A DNA stretch of 64,000 bases from Antechinus flavipes (Eukaryota): positions 141,174,001 through 141,238,000 of the forward strand of contig NC_067401.1 of assembly GCF_016432865.1 (NCBI RefSeq), written 5' to 3'. Under the pieces are notes generated by a model. The model searched no databases and had not been told where the DNA came from. It worked only from the letters and a program-made list of their open reading frames with translations. How positions within the stretch are numbered: position 1 is the first letter of the stretch; the number at the start of each line of letters is the position of its first letter. Below, in pieces: positions 1-13,001 of this stretch. Position numbers and translations under genes: made by a program.

Positions 1-29
1 GGGACTTTCTATGATAGTTAGGTGATAAA

Positions 30-290
30 GTGGGTTAGAGTGCAGCTCCTGAAGTCCGGGGTATGAATTAAAATTCAACCTTTTAGACATTTCAGACATT
101 TACTAGTTGTATGACTTTGAGCAAGTCACTTAATTCTGTTTTCCTCAGTTTCCTTATCTGTGAAATGGGGATAATAATAGCATCTACCAGATGTTGCTCA
201 AAGTATCAAATGAGATAATAATTGCTATACACTTACCATAATGACTGACACAAAGTAAGTGCTATATGAATATTAGCTATTATTATTATT
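30..290 (+). mobile_element. MIR-type CORE-SINE (representative of dozens in the window)
   Basis: Core gcaagtcacttaa...cctcagtttccttatctgtgaaatgggg. Confidence 0.75.
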
Positions 291-294
291 ATTA

Positions 295-666
295 TGAGAG
301 TATGTTGGAACCAGCTTGAACTACCTTGGGAGATGATTGTTAAATGTTCAGTATGATTTGGCAAACACAAATCAGGATTGGATTTTTTGTTTTGTTGAGT
401 GTTTAAACTTTAAAAAGTGATGGAGAAAATGTTAACAATGCAGATTAAACTTAAACAATGTGTCTCGTGGAAATGTTTGGCATGACTTCATGTGTATAAT
501 GGCTACTATATTGCTTCCCTTCTCAGTTCAGGGTTGGAGAAAGCCTGGAGGGAGGGAAAGAATTTGGAACTGAATAATTTTTTAAGTAACTATTTTTTAT
601 AAAAGTGCCATGTGTACTTTTCTTTTCTGGAAAGCTGGCTATTACACATTTAACAGCATACCCCTG
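295..666 (+). mobile_element. hAT-like MITE interrupted by an L1 3' tip (~468-575)
   Basis: Ends ...cagcatacccctg; same family as the copy at 33690-33922. Confidence 0.55.
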
Positions 667-1214
667 AGGTATGTCAACCTATAATCTTTCCACCAAATCT
701 CTTTGTTTGAAAAGTACTTGTATCTAATGCACATACATATGTATGTGCGAGAGGAATATAATATATACATTCATTCACATATTTATTTTTAAAATAAATG
801 TCATTGAAGTCTTTTGTTTTTACATGACATATATATGTATAAATATACATATATATAGATATATTGATATACTATCTCAGCTGCATCCTTGTTCCCAAAA
901 CACACACATACAACCAGTGTTTTTTTTTAATAAAAAGAAAGCATTTAAGCAAAACCAGTTAATGCCATGACCATGCCTGAAACCATGCCCATCTTTGATC
1001 TGATAGGTTCATAAGTCACCTAATATAATCATCTCATTTTACAGATGAAAAAATTGAGGCAAGTTAAGTGACTTGCCCAAGCTCAGGTAAGCAATGTCAG
1101 AATAAAAAAAAAATTAAATTTAAAAAAAAGCGTCAGTCATGATTTGAACTCAAGTCCTCTGACCTGAGCTAATGTTCTTTTCATGCTATCTCTCTGCTGA
1201 AAAGAAGAAGATAT

Positions 1215-1680
1215 GTTTTATTTTCTGTTCTTTGGGACTAATATTCATCTTTACAATTACTCTGAAATCTGTATCCTTTTAATGTTCTTTTCTCTTATAT
1301 TATTATAGTAATTCTATATAGGATTTCCCTGACTTTGCTCACTTCACTCTGTACCAGTTCATATAAGTCTTCCAATGTTTCTCTGAATTCCTCAGTGTCA
1401 TCATTTCTTAGCATGCAATGTTATTCCATAAGCCACAGTTTGTTTGGCTAATATCTAGTCAATGGACATTTTCTCAATTTTCAATTTTTTGCTATGACAA
1501 AAAGTGCTCCAATGAATATCTTGATATATATGAGGTCTTTCTGTCTCAGACCTCCTTGGGTTAAACACCCAGCAATGGAATTTCTTAGGTCAAAAGGTAT
1601 GAACAATTTACTTCCAGCATAGTTACAAATTGTTTTCCAGGAAGTATTCATTCATATTTCCCCAACATTGGATATTTACC
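1215..1680 (-). mobile_element. Decayed L1 ORF2 3' fragment
   Basis: Antisense match to L1 ORF2-tail sequence (ttttttgctatgacaaaaagtgct...). Confidence 0.6.
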
Positions 1681-2034
1681 TTGTGAAGAGGTCCTGACCC
1701 ATGAAATATAATCTCTGCCTTCAAAGAGCTTACAGTTTAGTAAGGAAGAAAAGGCATAGGCACAAATGATCAGTTTGTGATAAGTGCCCATGTGAATGAT
1801 GCAAATAACACCATGGTAAGTCAGAGAAGAGAGAGAATGTCTAAGTGGAGTGAAAGAGGAAGGCTTAAGAAAAGAGGTGATTTTTGCTCAGTCTAAAGAT
1901 TAGGGAGAATTTGAATAGACAGGTTTAGGATGGAGAGGGAGGATTTTCTAATTATGGAAAGATAAAAAATGAGCAAAGCACAAGGCATATTTGGAAAATG
2001 CTAGTAAATTGTTCCCCAGACCAGTTTGGATGGA

Positions 2035-2272
2035 GTAAATAGTAGTGGATAGAGTACTGGGTCTGGGAGTCAGGAAGGCATGAGTTCATATTCAGTCTCA
2101 GACACTTACTAGCTGTGTGTTCCTGGGTGTCACTTAATTCTGTATGCCTCAGTTTCCTTAACTGTAAAATGAGCTGAGAAAGAAAATGGCAAACCATGCC
2201 AGTATCTCTGCCAAGAAAACCCCAAGTAGGATCAGGGAGAGTTGACCATGAATGAAACAACTGAACAACAAA
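2035..2272 (+). mobile_element. MAR1-type SINE
   Basis: tRNA head, core and RTE-like tail (atggcaaaccatgccagtatctctgccaagaaaacccc...aacaactgaacaac). Confidence 0.8.
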
Positions 2273-4389
2273 AAAGTATAAGACAAAAAAAAAGTCTGAA
2301 AAAGAGTAGTGATGGTGATAATGATGATGATAATGATAACAGCATTTACATAGTGCTTTAAATTTTTAAAAGTGCTTCACATATGTTATCTCCTTTAATC
2401 TTTACAACAATTCTAAATTATTCTCATTTTACAAATGAGGAAACCAGAGTACAGATAGGTCAATTGATTATATAATGTATCTATGGACAGAAAAGCATAA
2501 GGTTAGTGTTAGAAAAGGTCATAATATAGATCATTGCATTATAAATTTAGAATTTCAAGGAATGTTAGAGGTCATCTAGTCCAACTCCACATTTTATAGA
2601 GAGGGAAACTGGAGCCCAATGTGGTTGACTTGGTGCTAAAAGTCATATAGACTTTAAATTGCAGAGTCAGAATTCGAACTCTGATCCTCTAACTCCAATT
2701 TGACAAGTGGAATTTGCATGATAGTACATGCTATCGTGTGTCCATGAGACTCTGGGATGGAGAAGAAACGGTGCTGAATTTGGAAATAGGAGATCCATGG
2801 GTTGAAACCCATTTCCAAAACATATTGGTTATGTGATCTCAGACAAAATATAAATATCATATCATTTTATCTTCACAACAACCCTGAAAAGTAGATGCTA
2901 TTTTTACCCTCATTTTATAGGTGAGTAAAAACTGAGACTTGCCCGGGTCATATAGCTAATAAATGTCTCCAGGGACAGCACCGTATCCACTTCACTATCC
3001 CATTGTTATTCAGTCATGTCCAACTCTTAGTGATTCTATTTCAGGTTTTCTTGGCAAAAATACTGGGCTGGTTTACCATTTCTCTCTTCAGCTCATTTTA
3101 CAGATGGGGAAACTGGGCAAACAGGATTAAGTAACTTGTCCAGGGTCACAAAGCAAGTTATAGTCTGAGGTCAGATTTGAACTCATGGAAATAAGTCTTC
3201 CTGACACCAAGTCTGGTGTTTTAACCATTACACCAACTAGCTGCCCTCTATGACTTCCAAACACCAGTTATAACTGAAAAAAGACTGACGTTTAAAAGGA
3301 AGGGCTTGGTTTCCGGAGAAACCAGGGGTCAAAATGTCTGATGTCCCAAAGGCAATCTAGCCCACTCTCTTCCTGTTCTGTTTCAGACCCAGTTTGTTAT
3401 CCACGATCCAGTGTATCCATAATCTATATACAAGCATGAGGTGATTCATCCATACAACTCCATATCACAGTTGGTGCAATAAGCAGAAAAACTGCTTGAT
3501 TTTTCTTGAGTAGATAGTTGCACTGAACACTTCTGAGTGATCGTGAATCTCATTTAAGAGGTTCTGCAACACTCAGAGCTCGATGTAATCAGTGCAATAT
3601 CACCTATAGACAGAAGCATTTAGGGGACCTCATGATCTATAGGAAATCCCTCTACATTTTCTGCTATGGTGGCCAGTACTGTTGGCAAGTTACATCTCCT
3701 GATTTTATGGCTTGATTGATTTTGATGATAAAGCTGTGGGGAAAGTGCTTCAGAAACCTTGAGGTGCTTGTTCCATTGGATTGGATTAATATGATTACAT
3801 GTACTCCTGACCCCAAGGGACTCCCAGGGACTCTATCTCTCCATCACAGAGACAGACTCTGCAGGAAGATGAGAAAACACAATGAGACTGTTGATGCCAT
3901 TAATGCTCATCAGTCTCTAGGAATAGTCGATCACAGATTCTAAATAATCTCCCCTCCTTCTGCTCCAGTTTTTAGCAACTAAAAATCCAGAGTAGAAAGA
4001 TTCTGCCTTCCAGTCACCAAAGTGCTCCCCTCTGTGGGAAAAGATCTTATGCCTTCCTTTCTTCCTCCTTGCTCCCCAGTGCTGAAAGGGACAGCGAAAG
4101 AGGTTATCTAGACATCCTGTCTTCCAAAGCATCATGTCAAATCTCAGTGTATTTCAGACAGGCTGAATCACTTCTGGCGAGTCACATAACCTCGCAGAGC
4201 TAATTACCACCAGGATCTTCCTTCTCAGTTGGCATTGTCATACGGTGGAAATCATACTGGATTTTAGAATCAGAGGGCCTGGATTCAAATTCTGATTCAG
4301 CTCCTTACTATAAGCATGTCTTTGGACAAGCCCCTATCAGCTTCAGTTTCCCCATTTATTAAACATGTATATTACGTTAGATCAAGTGT

Positions 4390-4575
4390 CCTTAGCCTGA
4401 GGCCTGAGAATTTGATTTGAAGTATTTGGTAACTGTATTTCAATATAATTGGTGTCCTTTATAATCCTACACATTTTATTTTGTGCATTGAATAATATTA
4501 TTCTGAAAATGGGTTCCTAGGCTTCATCAGCTTGCTGGTGGGGTCTGTGAGTCCCCCAAAAGCTAAGAATCCTTG
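4390..4575 (-). mobile_element. hAT-Charlie-type MITE
   Basis: Reverse complement of the family seen at ~40450-40750. Confidence 0.5.
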
Positions 4576-4750
4576 AACTAGATGTTCCCTAAGTTCCCTT
4601 CTAAGCAGGAAATCTATGATTTTTGGAGTCATTTTTGGTGTGTGTGTGTGTGGGGATTCTTGAGGGTACCAGTAGAGCTTTGGATCTGTTCTGAATACCA
4701 GAGGCAAGAAGAAAAACTTAACAAATAAGTAAATAAATGAACAACCAACC

Positions 4751-4752
4751 AA

Positions 4753-4784
<32 letters not shown>

Positions 4785-4794
4785 ATAAATAAAT
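4751..4794. repeat. (GATA)n/(AAAT)n microsatellite
   Basis: Seen directly. Confidence 0.95.
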
Positions 4795-7339
4795 GATGTG
4801 GTGATGATAATAATAAAATAAATAAAGGATCTGCCGAAATGAAGCTGAATGAAGAGAGAGAGACCATTCTCCAATCAGGCTATCCCCCTGCAAAGAAACC
4901 TGATCCACTTTGTTCTGTCTCTTTCTTAGTCATAGCTTTGCATTGTCAATAGGAGGCGTGGTATGTGCTTGTTGCATTCAGGAGCAGATCTCTTTCTTAA
5001 TTCCAGAGCCCCTGACTGGACATGGAAGCGAGGACTCCATACAATTGTAGACTGCCTCCACAAAGGGACCAGAGTCAACCACAGGGATTCCAAACCCCCT
5101 ATTAAAGCCATTGCGTCTAACCCTCTATTGGAGACAGTGTAATTGACCTTCTGTTAGACAATGCCTCCTGAACCCCACTACCATTAAAACCGGTGCCCTT
5201 CAAATTCCCATTAAAGTCAGTGACCTTTGCCCATTGGAGAAAGAACTGTCAAAGCTGCTGCCCCCAATTTCCTGTGAAAGCCATTGTTATTTTCCCGTCC
5301 CCAGTAACCCCAGTGATCTGGTCCCTACGGAAAGAATCATTCCCCAGGGATTTGGTGAACCAGCCAATTTTCCTACCCACCAATACTTAAACCCTGTTAG
5401 AGTGTGGGAGGGTGAGGAGGCTGCTGCCAGGACCCCTTCCCCTGTCTCTTTCCAAATAGAGCTGTGAAATCAAGCAATGGCCTGTTTCTTTAATTTTTCC
5501 CTCACGCCTAGAATGTGATTAAAAATACCCAGCATTGATCATCTTTCTTCTCCTTCTGTCGGGATAATGTTTACTCAGGTGTCAATCAGGAGAAGAATTT
5601 GGCTTCCTAATTTCTCTTCTCCTCCCCCGGGGGCCCCACATCTCCCTGTCTTGCATGGACACAGAGCTAGAATCAAGGTTACTAATAATCCCCCAGCACA
5701 CACAGACACCGAGAGCACATATATTAAAGTCACATATTGATTTATATTTTCGGGTCCCTCTGCCTTCTTGCCCAGTCTCAGCCTTTCTCTGTGCCAGAGA
5801 GAAAAAAAAAATTACATAGCTATATTTATCACCACGATGTTTAGTCTAAAGAGCATTGTGTCCGAAGGTAATTTCCCCCTCCCCCTTTCTTTGGGGCTGT
5901 GTTTTATTATTATTTAAATAGTGCAGTGTCTCCCATACTTAGGCATTTATCTTCCTTTGTTTGTTTCTTAATTCTCTCCCCTTACCACCACCCTGAAGAG
6001 CCTGTTAGAGCCTAGGAAGAACTTCCTGATTTAACAAGTTGTGGGCCACTGGACAGAATTACCCCCAAAGAGGTTGGGGCAGCCCCTTCACAGAAAAGAC
6101 AACTCCATGTCCAGATTGTTTTGGATAAGGACTGTTGAAGGAAAGAGGAAAGACTCCATGATCTCTGGAGGGCATTTATAATCTCAAGGACCCCCAATTA
6201 ATTTTCTGAATGAGCAACTAAGGACGTATGCTCCAATAATACAGATAGAAAAACTGAGAGGAGGAGGGAGCTTGTGGCTCACCCAGGAAGATGAATCACA
6301 ATCACTAGATAGGGCATTTCCAAGCTAGAGACCAGGATTCCTGGGTTCCAGGTCAATCTGTGTTTCCAAGATCAGTCTAATAGGACTTTGGGCCTAAGCT
6401 ACCCTCCTATATAGAGGAGGGGGAAGGAAATAGCTCTAATTTCATCTCTTTTTTCCCCTCCCTTCTTTCTTTTCTTCTTTTCTTCATTCTTATCTCACTC
6501 CCTTCTTCCTTTATACTCCTTCCTGAAACATCTGGGGCATCCAATGGGCTCTGAATGGACTTCTGCACCAATCTATCTATGGGCAATATCAGAGAGAATC
6601 AGATGGGGTAAGACTCCTGGAGGTGATGAGGCTGAGCTTGTCTCATCTGGGATAACCTTAGTCATTCAAGGATTCAAAAGGAAATAAGGCATCTCCTGAA
6701 TGGATCTGGTTCTCATCAGCGTAACAGTAACTAGGAGTTTTGGTTCCTGGCACAAATTCAGCTGAACTGGTTGGGATAGGGATGTGGAGAAAGTGAGGTT
6801 TCTAAGGTATGACCACTCCTGTGCTTGGTTGAGGTAAATAGAAATCAGAGGTTCTGGGATTTGGGGAGGTTGAAAACCTGTGAGAGTAATGTGTTTGTTT
6901 TAAGGGGTCAGGAGCTGATATGAAAAAGATTGTAAGCAAGATACTGCTGACTTTCTTGGAGGGTGGGAAGTGGGGAGAATAACCTAGAGGACAACATCTT
7001 ATAGTCACAGAGATCTGGACATACCAGCAGGCTGTAATTATTGCCTTGACCCTCTCATTAAAACTCAGTCCTTAGCCTTCCCTCAATCACTATGTCTTTC
7101 TTCTCCTTCAATTTTGCAGTCTCTCTGGAATTTTCCTCTGCTGTAGTACAGTGGAAAATTTACTGAAGTTTGAATCAAAGCACTCAAGTTAGAATCTGAG
7201 CTGTGTCACTCATACCTGTGTGACTTTGGGCAAATCATTTTGTTAAGCCTGTTTCCTCATCAATATGAATTTGAAAGGAATAGCTAGCAATGATATTGAG
7301 TTAAGATGGTAGAGTGAGGCTCTGAAAGTGACAGTGGAT

Positions 7340-8095
7340 TCACACCCATCAGATTGGTTAAGAAAATAGAAAAAGAAAATGACAAATGCTGGAGGGGATG
7401 TGGGAAAATAGGTACACTAATGCACTATTGATGGAACTATGAACTAGTCCAACCATTCTGGAAAGCAAATTGGAATTGTGCCCAAAAAGCTATTAAACTG
7501 TGTATACATATCCTTTGATGGAGTAATACTGCTGCTAGGTCTATACCCCAAAGAGATCAAAGGAAAAGGAAAAAACCCATATGTACAAAAATATTTAGAG
7601 GAGCTTTTTTTTGTGGATGAAAAGAATTGTAAACTAAGGGAATGCCTATCATTGAGATTAAACAAGTTTTGTGATGGAATACTATTATGTTGTAAGAAAT
7701 GATAAAGGGGACAATTTCAGAAAAACCTGAAGATTTACTTGTATGAACTGATGCAAAATGAAATAAGCAAAATCAGGAGAAAAATCTACACAGTAACAGC
7801 AATCTTATAAAGATAATTAACTGTGAAGGATTTAGTAACTGATCACCATAGTGAACCATCATCGTCATAATTTAAAATTCAGTCCACTTCTAGATAGAGA
7901 GTTAATGAACCCAGACTGTAAATTGAAGCATATTTTTTTATTTCTATTTCTCATTTTTCCCCTCTTTTGGTTACTATAGAAATTTATTTTGCATGATTTC
8001 ATCTTTGTAATGGGTTTTATATTTCTTGCCTTCTCAATGGGTGAGGGAAGGGAAAGATGAGGGAGAGAAACTGGAACAGAAAATAAAATAAAAGT
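7340..8095 (+). mobile_element. Older L1 3' fragment
   Basis: ORF2 C-terminus (LLGLYPKEIK) and marsupial L1 3' UTR. Confidence 0.85.
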
Positions 8096-9713
8096 GAATG
8101 ACAAAAAAGGAGGTAGAAAATGACAGGGGAGACCAAGGACTATGCCAATTCCTCTTGGCTCTATGTGTCAGTGCCTTGAAAGAAGGAGCAGCTAGACCAC
8201 GAGAGAATGCCAAGAAACATGGCATCTTAGAAAGAATGCTAGGTTTTAATGACACCAAACGATGGAAGGAATGTAAGAGGAAGAGATCTAAGATTATAGA
8301 ATGATAGAGCTACAGTGAAACTCAGATATCATTTAGTCTAACCTCATTCTACAAATGAGGAAGTTAATATTCAGAGATGAAGTGACTTGCCTAATGTCAT
8401 AAAGGTGGTGAGTTCCCCTAATTAAGTTGTCCTCTTCCGTGCTATTTCCTGACTCTTAAAATTTCCTGGATCCACTGACTAGTCCTGGAGGAATAAAGGA
8501 AGAGTAGTCACTGGGAAATCCTTAACTGACTTCCCAAGTATCTTCCCCAGCTAGGGTCTGTAGTTGTTTCTGCAAGTAAATATCCATTTAGAAGCCAGGA
8601 GTTGAGGCAAGGGAATTTTTTCTTGGAAAAACATACTGTTGAGATTCAGAATTTGTTCTTTTTACTTCTCTTTGAAGGCCATCCAGTTAGAGAGTGCACA
8701 GATATTTTATAATAGTTCATTAAAAAGCACAGGTACACAAAATATGCAGAATTAGTAAATTCAAAGCACAGAATTTCAAGTTACTTGATTAACTTAGCCC
8801 AAGTATAAAATATTAATCAATCCCTTCCAGACATTTCCTAGTCCCCTCCTCTTCCAATAGGAAGAGATTCCATTTCTGGTTCAGATCTTTGAGGTCATGG
8901 TCCTTTTCTTGTTAGTTCACCTCCAGATTACCCATTCTCTTTCCTCTGTCTTAGCTCCATTAGTTACCATAGACAGGACTCTTGCTTTCTTGATTCTGGG
9001 TCCCTTCTGCAGTCTAAGGTCAAAAATAGCATCCCTAAAACTCTGGCTACTGAAATTCCTTCTCCAAGCTTCTCTTTTGCTCTTTCTTTGTACTCCCAAG
9101 CTGTGCAAATCTTAACCAGCTCAACTTGAGTTGTGTCTCAAGCTGTCTATTTTCTTATTCTCTGATAATACTAAGTGCCTTTATACTTCCATAGCTTTTC
9201 CAGTTTTCTACATCTAAATCTAGGATTCCCAAACTCATCTCTTCTCAAAGAAGTGCATCTCTGAGCCCCCATTCCTCTCTTTTATCAGACAATAGCAGCA
9301 TAGGAATAGTACAATTATGATTCAATGTCAGTTCCTTTGGCTCCAGTGCAAAATCCACATGAGTAATTTTGGAAGTGTGAATAATTGAGTCCCAGACTTT
9401 CTTAACCTTCTTCTGCTCTGAGCTCTTAGGTAACTTAGAGCCTGTACTACATAGTGAAGAAAATAATTTGAGATGTTGGCATGGAAGCAAGAACTCTTCT
9501 TAGGTGTTTCTTCAATACTAGTTGAAACTAGTTGGAAACTACTTGATTAACCAAATCTTTCTTTTCATTTACTTTTACTTCATTTCTTTTCTGCTTTCTT
9601 TTTTGCTTCTTCAAATACTGAACATGCACAAAATAAGCATTCAAAAATTACTTCAAATTTAACAGATTGACAGTATATTCTTTTGTGTAAAATGTATATG
9701 TGTATTTTGTGTA

Positions 9714-9714
<1 letters not shown>

Positions 9715-9745
<31 letters not shown>
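9715..9745. repeat. (TG)n microsatellite
   Basis: Seen directly. Confidence 0.95.
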
Positions 9746-9747
<2 letters not shown>

Positions 9748-10079
9748 ACGTGTGCTTATTGAGGGAGGGCAGAGCTAAAAACTATTGGGATTGGGATAAT
9801 AGCATTCAGCAGCAACATATATTTCTATATTTCTTGAAGGTCTATAAATATTTTCTTAACAATAAATCTATTCAATTCAATAAGCAACTGCTATAGTCAT
9901 GAAATTATTGGGGTAAAGGAGAGGTAAGAATGATACAAAGACCAAAGGGACTGATTGCCCTCAAGGAGTTTATATGGGGGAGGAGGGAGGAGATGTATTT
10001 ATACAGGCATACTAATTATTATTCAATTTTAAAGATGAGGAAAAAGAGGTTAACCACTTGGACATGGAAACAAACAGAT

Positions 10080-10580
10080 GGTCCCCCACACCACTATCAC
10101 CTATGTCTAAATAAACACATTATCAAATAGAAAACCTTTTATTTAGCTTTTACAACTTTCTATAACCTAGTCCTTTTTACTCTACAAACCTTCTTAAACT
10201 TTATTTCCCTTCAACTATTTTGGAAAGGATCCAGTAATACTGGTCTCCTTGCTGTTCTTTGAAAAAGATACTCATGTCCTGAATAGGGCATTTTCACTGA
10301 CTGTACTCCAAGCCTGGAATGCTCTCCCTCCTTCTGGCTCCTTTACCTTTTTTCCAAGTCTCTGTTAAAGTCTCACTTTTTCCTGTTCTCTTTAGTATTA
10401 GTGCCTTTTCTGTGAGGCTACTCTCAATTTATCTTGTATATATATCTTGTCCGTACATAGTGATTTTCATGTTGTGTCCCCATTAGACTGTGTCTGGATT
10501 GTTTTTATTTTTGCCTTTCTTTGTAACCTTGGAGCTTATCACAGCTTGGCACCCAGTAGGTGCCTAATTATTGCAAGTTG
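10080..10580 (+). mobile_element. L2 3' end
   Basis: Typical L2 tail (ccaagcctggaatgctctccc ... acagcttggcacccagtaggtgcctaat). Confidence 0.65.
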
Positions 10581-10679
10581 GCTGACACATACATACATAA
10601 AGACACATACATAGATACATATTCATAGTTGACGTTTTCTCATCAGATATATCACATTTGCCGGTGATCCGAAAGGGAA

Positions 10680-11900
10680 GTGACAGAGATGGACTGGCTT
10701 CTTCCAGCTAACCCCCAGCGTGTCTTTGGGTCGGCCCTGCTCTTCTCCCCCTCCCCCCAATCAATTCCATCTTCTTCCTCCCAGGAGCCTGTCCTCTATC
10801 CACAGACTTCCAGTCACTGGACAAATAGTACACCCCGGCGGTCTCCCCGCCCCGAGAAGGCCCTTCCCAGAGGTCAAACAAAACCTCCGCTTTTTCTCCC
10901 CAGTCCCGCAGCCTGCGGTGGGGGCGGGGGACAGGGACTAAGACTGTCGCAGCCAGACAGAGCTGGGCGCGGCGCGAATCCACAACTAGGACCCTCATCG
11001 AGAACTTTTCCCCATTGAAAATCTATTCCCCTCCTGGGCCCGGATGATGTATGACTGGGTCTGATGAGAAACGTGTCCGGGAATGGAGGCGACAGAAGCA
11101 GCAGGCTGGGGGCGGAGGGAGGGGCGGCCGGGCCAGGACGGGGTGGGGGGGGAGACATCGGCGAAGGAGGGGGGCTCTGCTTGGCATTCTGCTCCTCTCC
11201 AGCCCTGAGAAGGTGGGAGGAGGGCGGGCTCGGGGCCCTGACACTGGGTGGGTAATTGATCTGGAGTTGCCAATTTGCAGCAGCTAAATATTTGGTTTCT
11301 GCCTCTGCCTGCTCAGCGAGCTGCTCAAACAAACTTCAATTAAAAGCGAGTGATGTAGTGGAGGGGAAGGGAGCGGCGGGGCGGGCTGCGGGGCTGGCTC
11401 CCCGCGGGCTCGATCGATGGGGACGGACAGCTCCTCTCTCTGCATTCTGCCTCGGCCCTCATCGCCGCCGCCGCCGCGCTAGGCAGGAGGAGGACCAGGG
11501 CCACGGGATGCCTTTTTTTTCCCTTGCCGCCTTCCTTCCCCCGAATCTCAGAGCTAGCTTCGGAGCCCTGGGGGGTGCGTGGGTGGCAGGGAAGGACGCG
11601 ACCCGCACCGGGCTAGAGACAGGACCCTTGGCCCAGGGGACACCGGCAGGGTCAGCAGCGAGGCATCTCTCCCCCGACTCTGCCCAAATGGAAGAAAAGA
11701 CAGGGATCCCTGAGGAGGCAAAACCGGGACAGAAAGTCAGGCGTCCCAGCGCCCAGTCTCCGACAGTCTCAGCTTTCAGAGGGGGGGCACCGACCCAGTT
11801 TGGCTTCCGTTTGGCTGGCGAGTCAGTGACCTCAGGTGAACCTGCAGCAATTATGGCTGGTCCACCTGAGAGGGTAGAAGAAGCTGCTACGGAAGTCTCT
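10680..11900. promoter_or_regulatory. Orphan CpG island
   Basis: GC/CpG-rich against an AT-rich background; GC boxes, G-runs and (GCC)n near 11464-11477; no recognisable protein in the overlapping ORFs. Confidence 0.75.
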
Positions 11901-12969
11901 ACATTTATACATGCATATACAGTGTGTACATAAACATATACATATACATATCTATCCATTTATGATGAATGATAGAGAAGAAATGAAAACAATGAACTTA
12001 AGGAGAGATAATGTTAGGAGACAGGCAAATAGTGCAACAGAGAGCTGGTGTTAGAAAGAAATACAGGGACAAAACGACAAAGAGTGTTAGAAAGCCACAA
12101 GGAGAAAGAGGATGGACTTAGATAGGATAGAAATATGTGAGAGAGACAGACAGACAGAGAGACTGAAACAGAGACAGAGACAGAGAGAGAGAGATTCTTA
12201 TGGGTAGATCATGGATCCATCACTCACCACTGATATGTTTTGTCTTCTGGAGTCAGGATTGGCCATTTTATTAAGCAGAGGTCTGATACTTTTAGTTATT
12301 ATTATCCTTTACGTTACCATCATATAAATGGGGCTCTTCCTAAATGTATTCTGCATTCTGTCTAATTATCTAGTCCACACCACCACCATACCATTCTACA
12401 GATGAATAAGCTGAGGCCCAGAGAGAAGCAAAGTGACTTGTAATACTGATAGGGAGCAGTCAGTTAAGCATTTCTCAAACTTAAGTAAATGCAGGATCTG
12501 AACTCTGAATCTAAGTCTCTAATCACTATGCTTACACACGCTGTTTTCCACACTTGACAGCATTTTGGCCTCAATAAACCCCAACCCTGCTATAGTTTCC
12601 CTTTCCTTACATTCTAGACTTCTCATCTCCATTTATGTCATATTTCTTTATACAAGGGAATGCTCCTCCACATCCCAATCCTTATAAATTAAAATTCTCT
12701 CTTTTTAGACTTCCTTTCTTTTCTCCATCCCCCAAACCTAACCCCTATCCTTGTTCCTCTTAGATTAAACCGATCTTCATTTTGAAGCTTCTGGTCCCCT
12801 TTCCCACATAATGAATAGGTTCCATATTTATTGGAGAACAAACATGAAGGACTCAAGTTCTGTTGGCCAGAAGCTTTTCCTTTCTGCTCCTCTATTCTCA
12901 ACTTGTTCCTGGAGACTCCAGTGAATTGTAGTAATCCCGTCCCAAATGAGTCCCTGTCCCCCCTCTCCA

Positions 12970-12970
12970 A

Positions 12971-13001
<31 letters not shown>
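12970..13001. repeat. (CA)n microsatellite
   Basis: Seen directly. Confidence 0.95.

Noticed and set aside
8880-9490. Minus-strand ORFs (63 and 81 aa) suggesting a pseudogene
   Set aside because: No recognisable protein; the joined frames contain multiple stops.
11256-11933. 225-aa ORF and overlapping ORFs in the orphan CpG island
   Set aside because: No recognisable domain; long ORFs in several frames are expected in GC-rich DNA.
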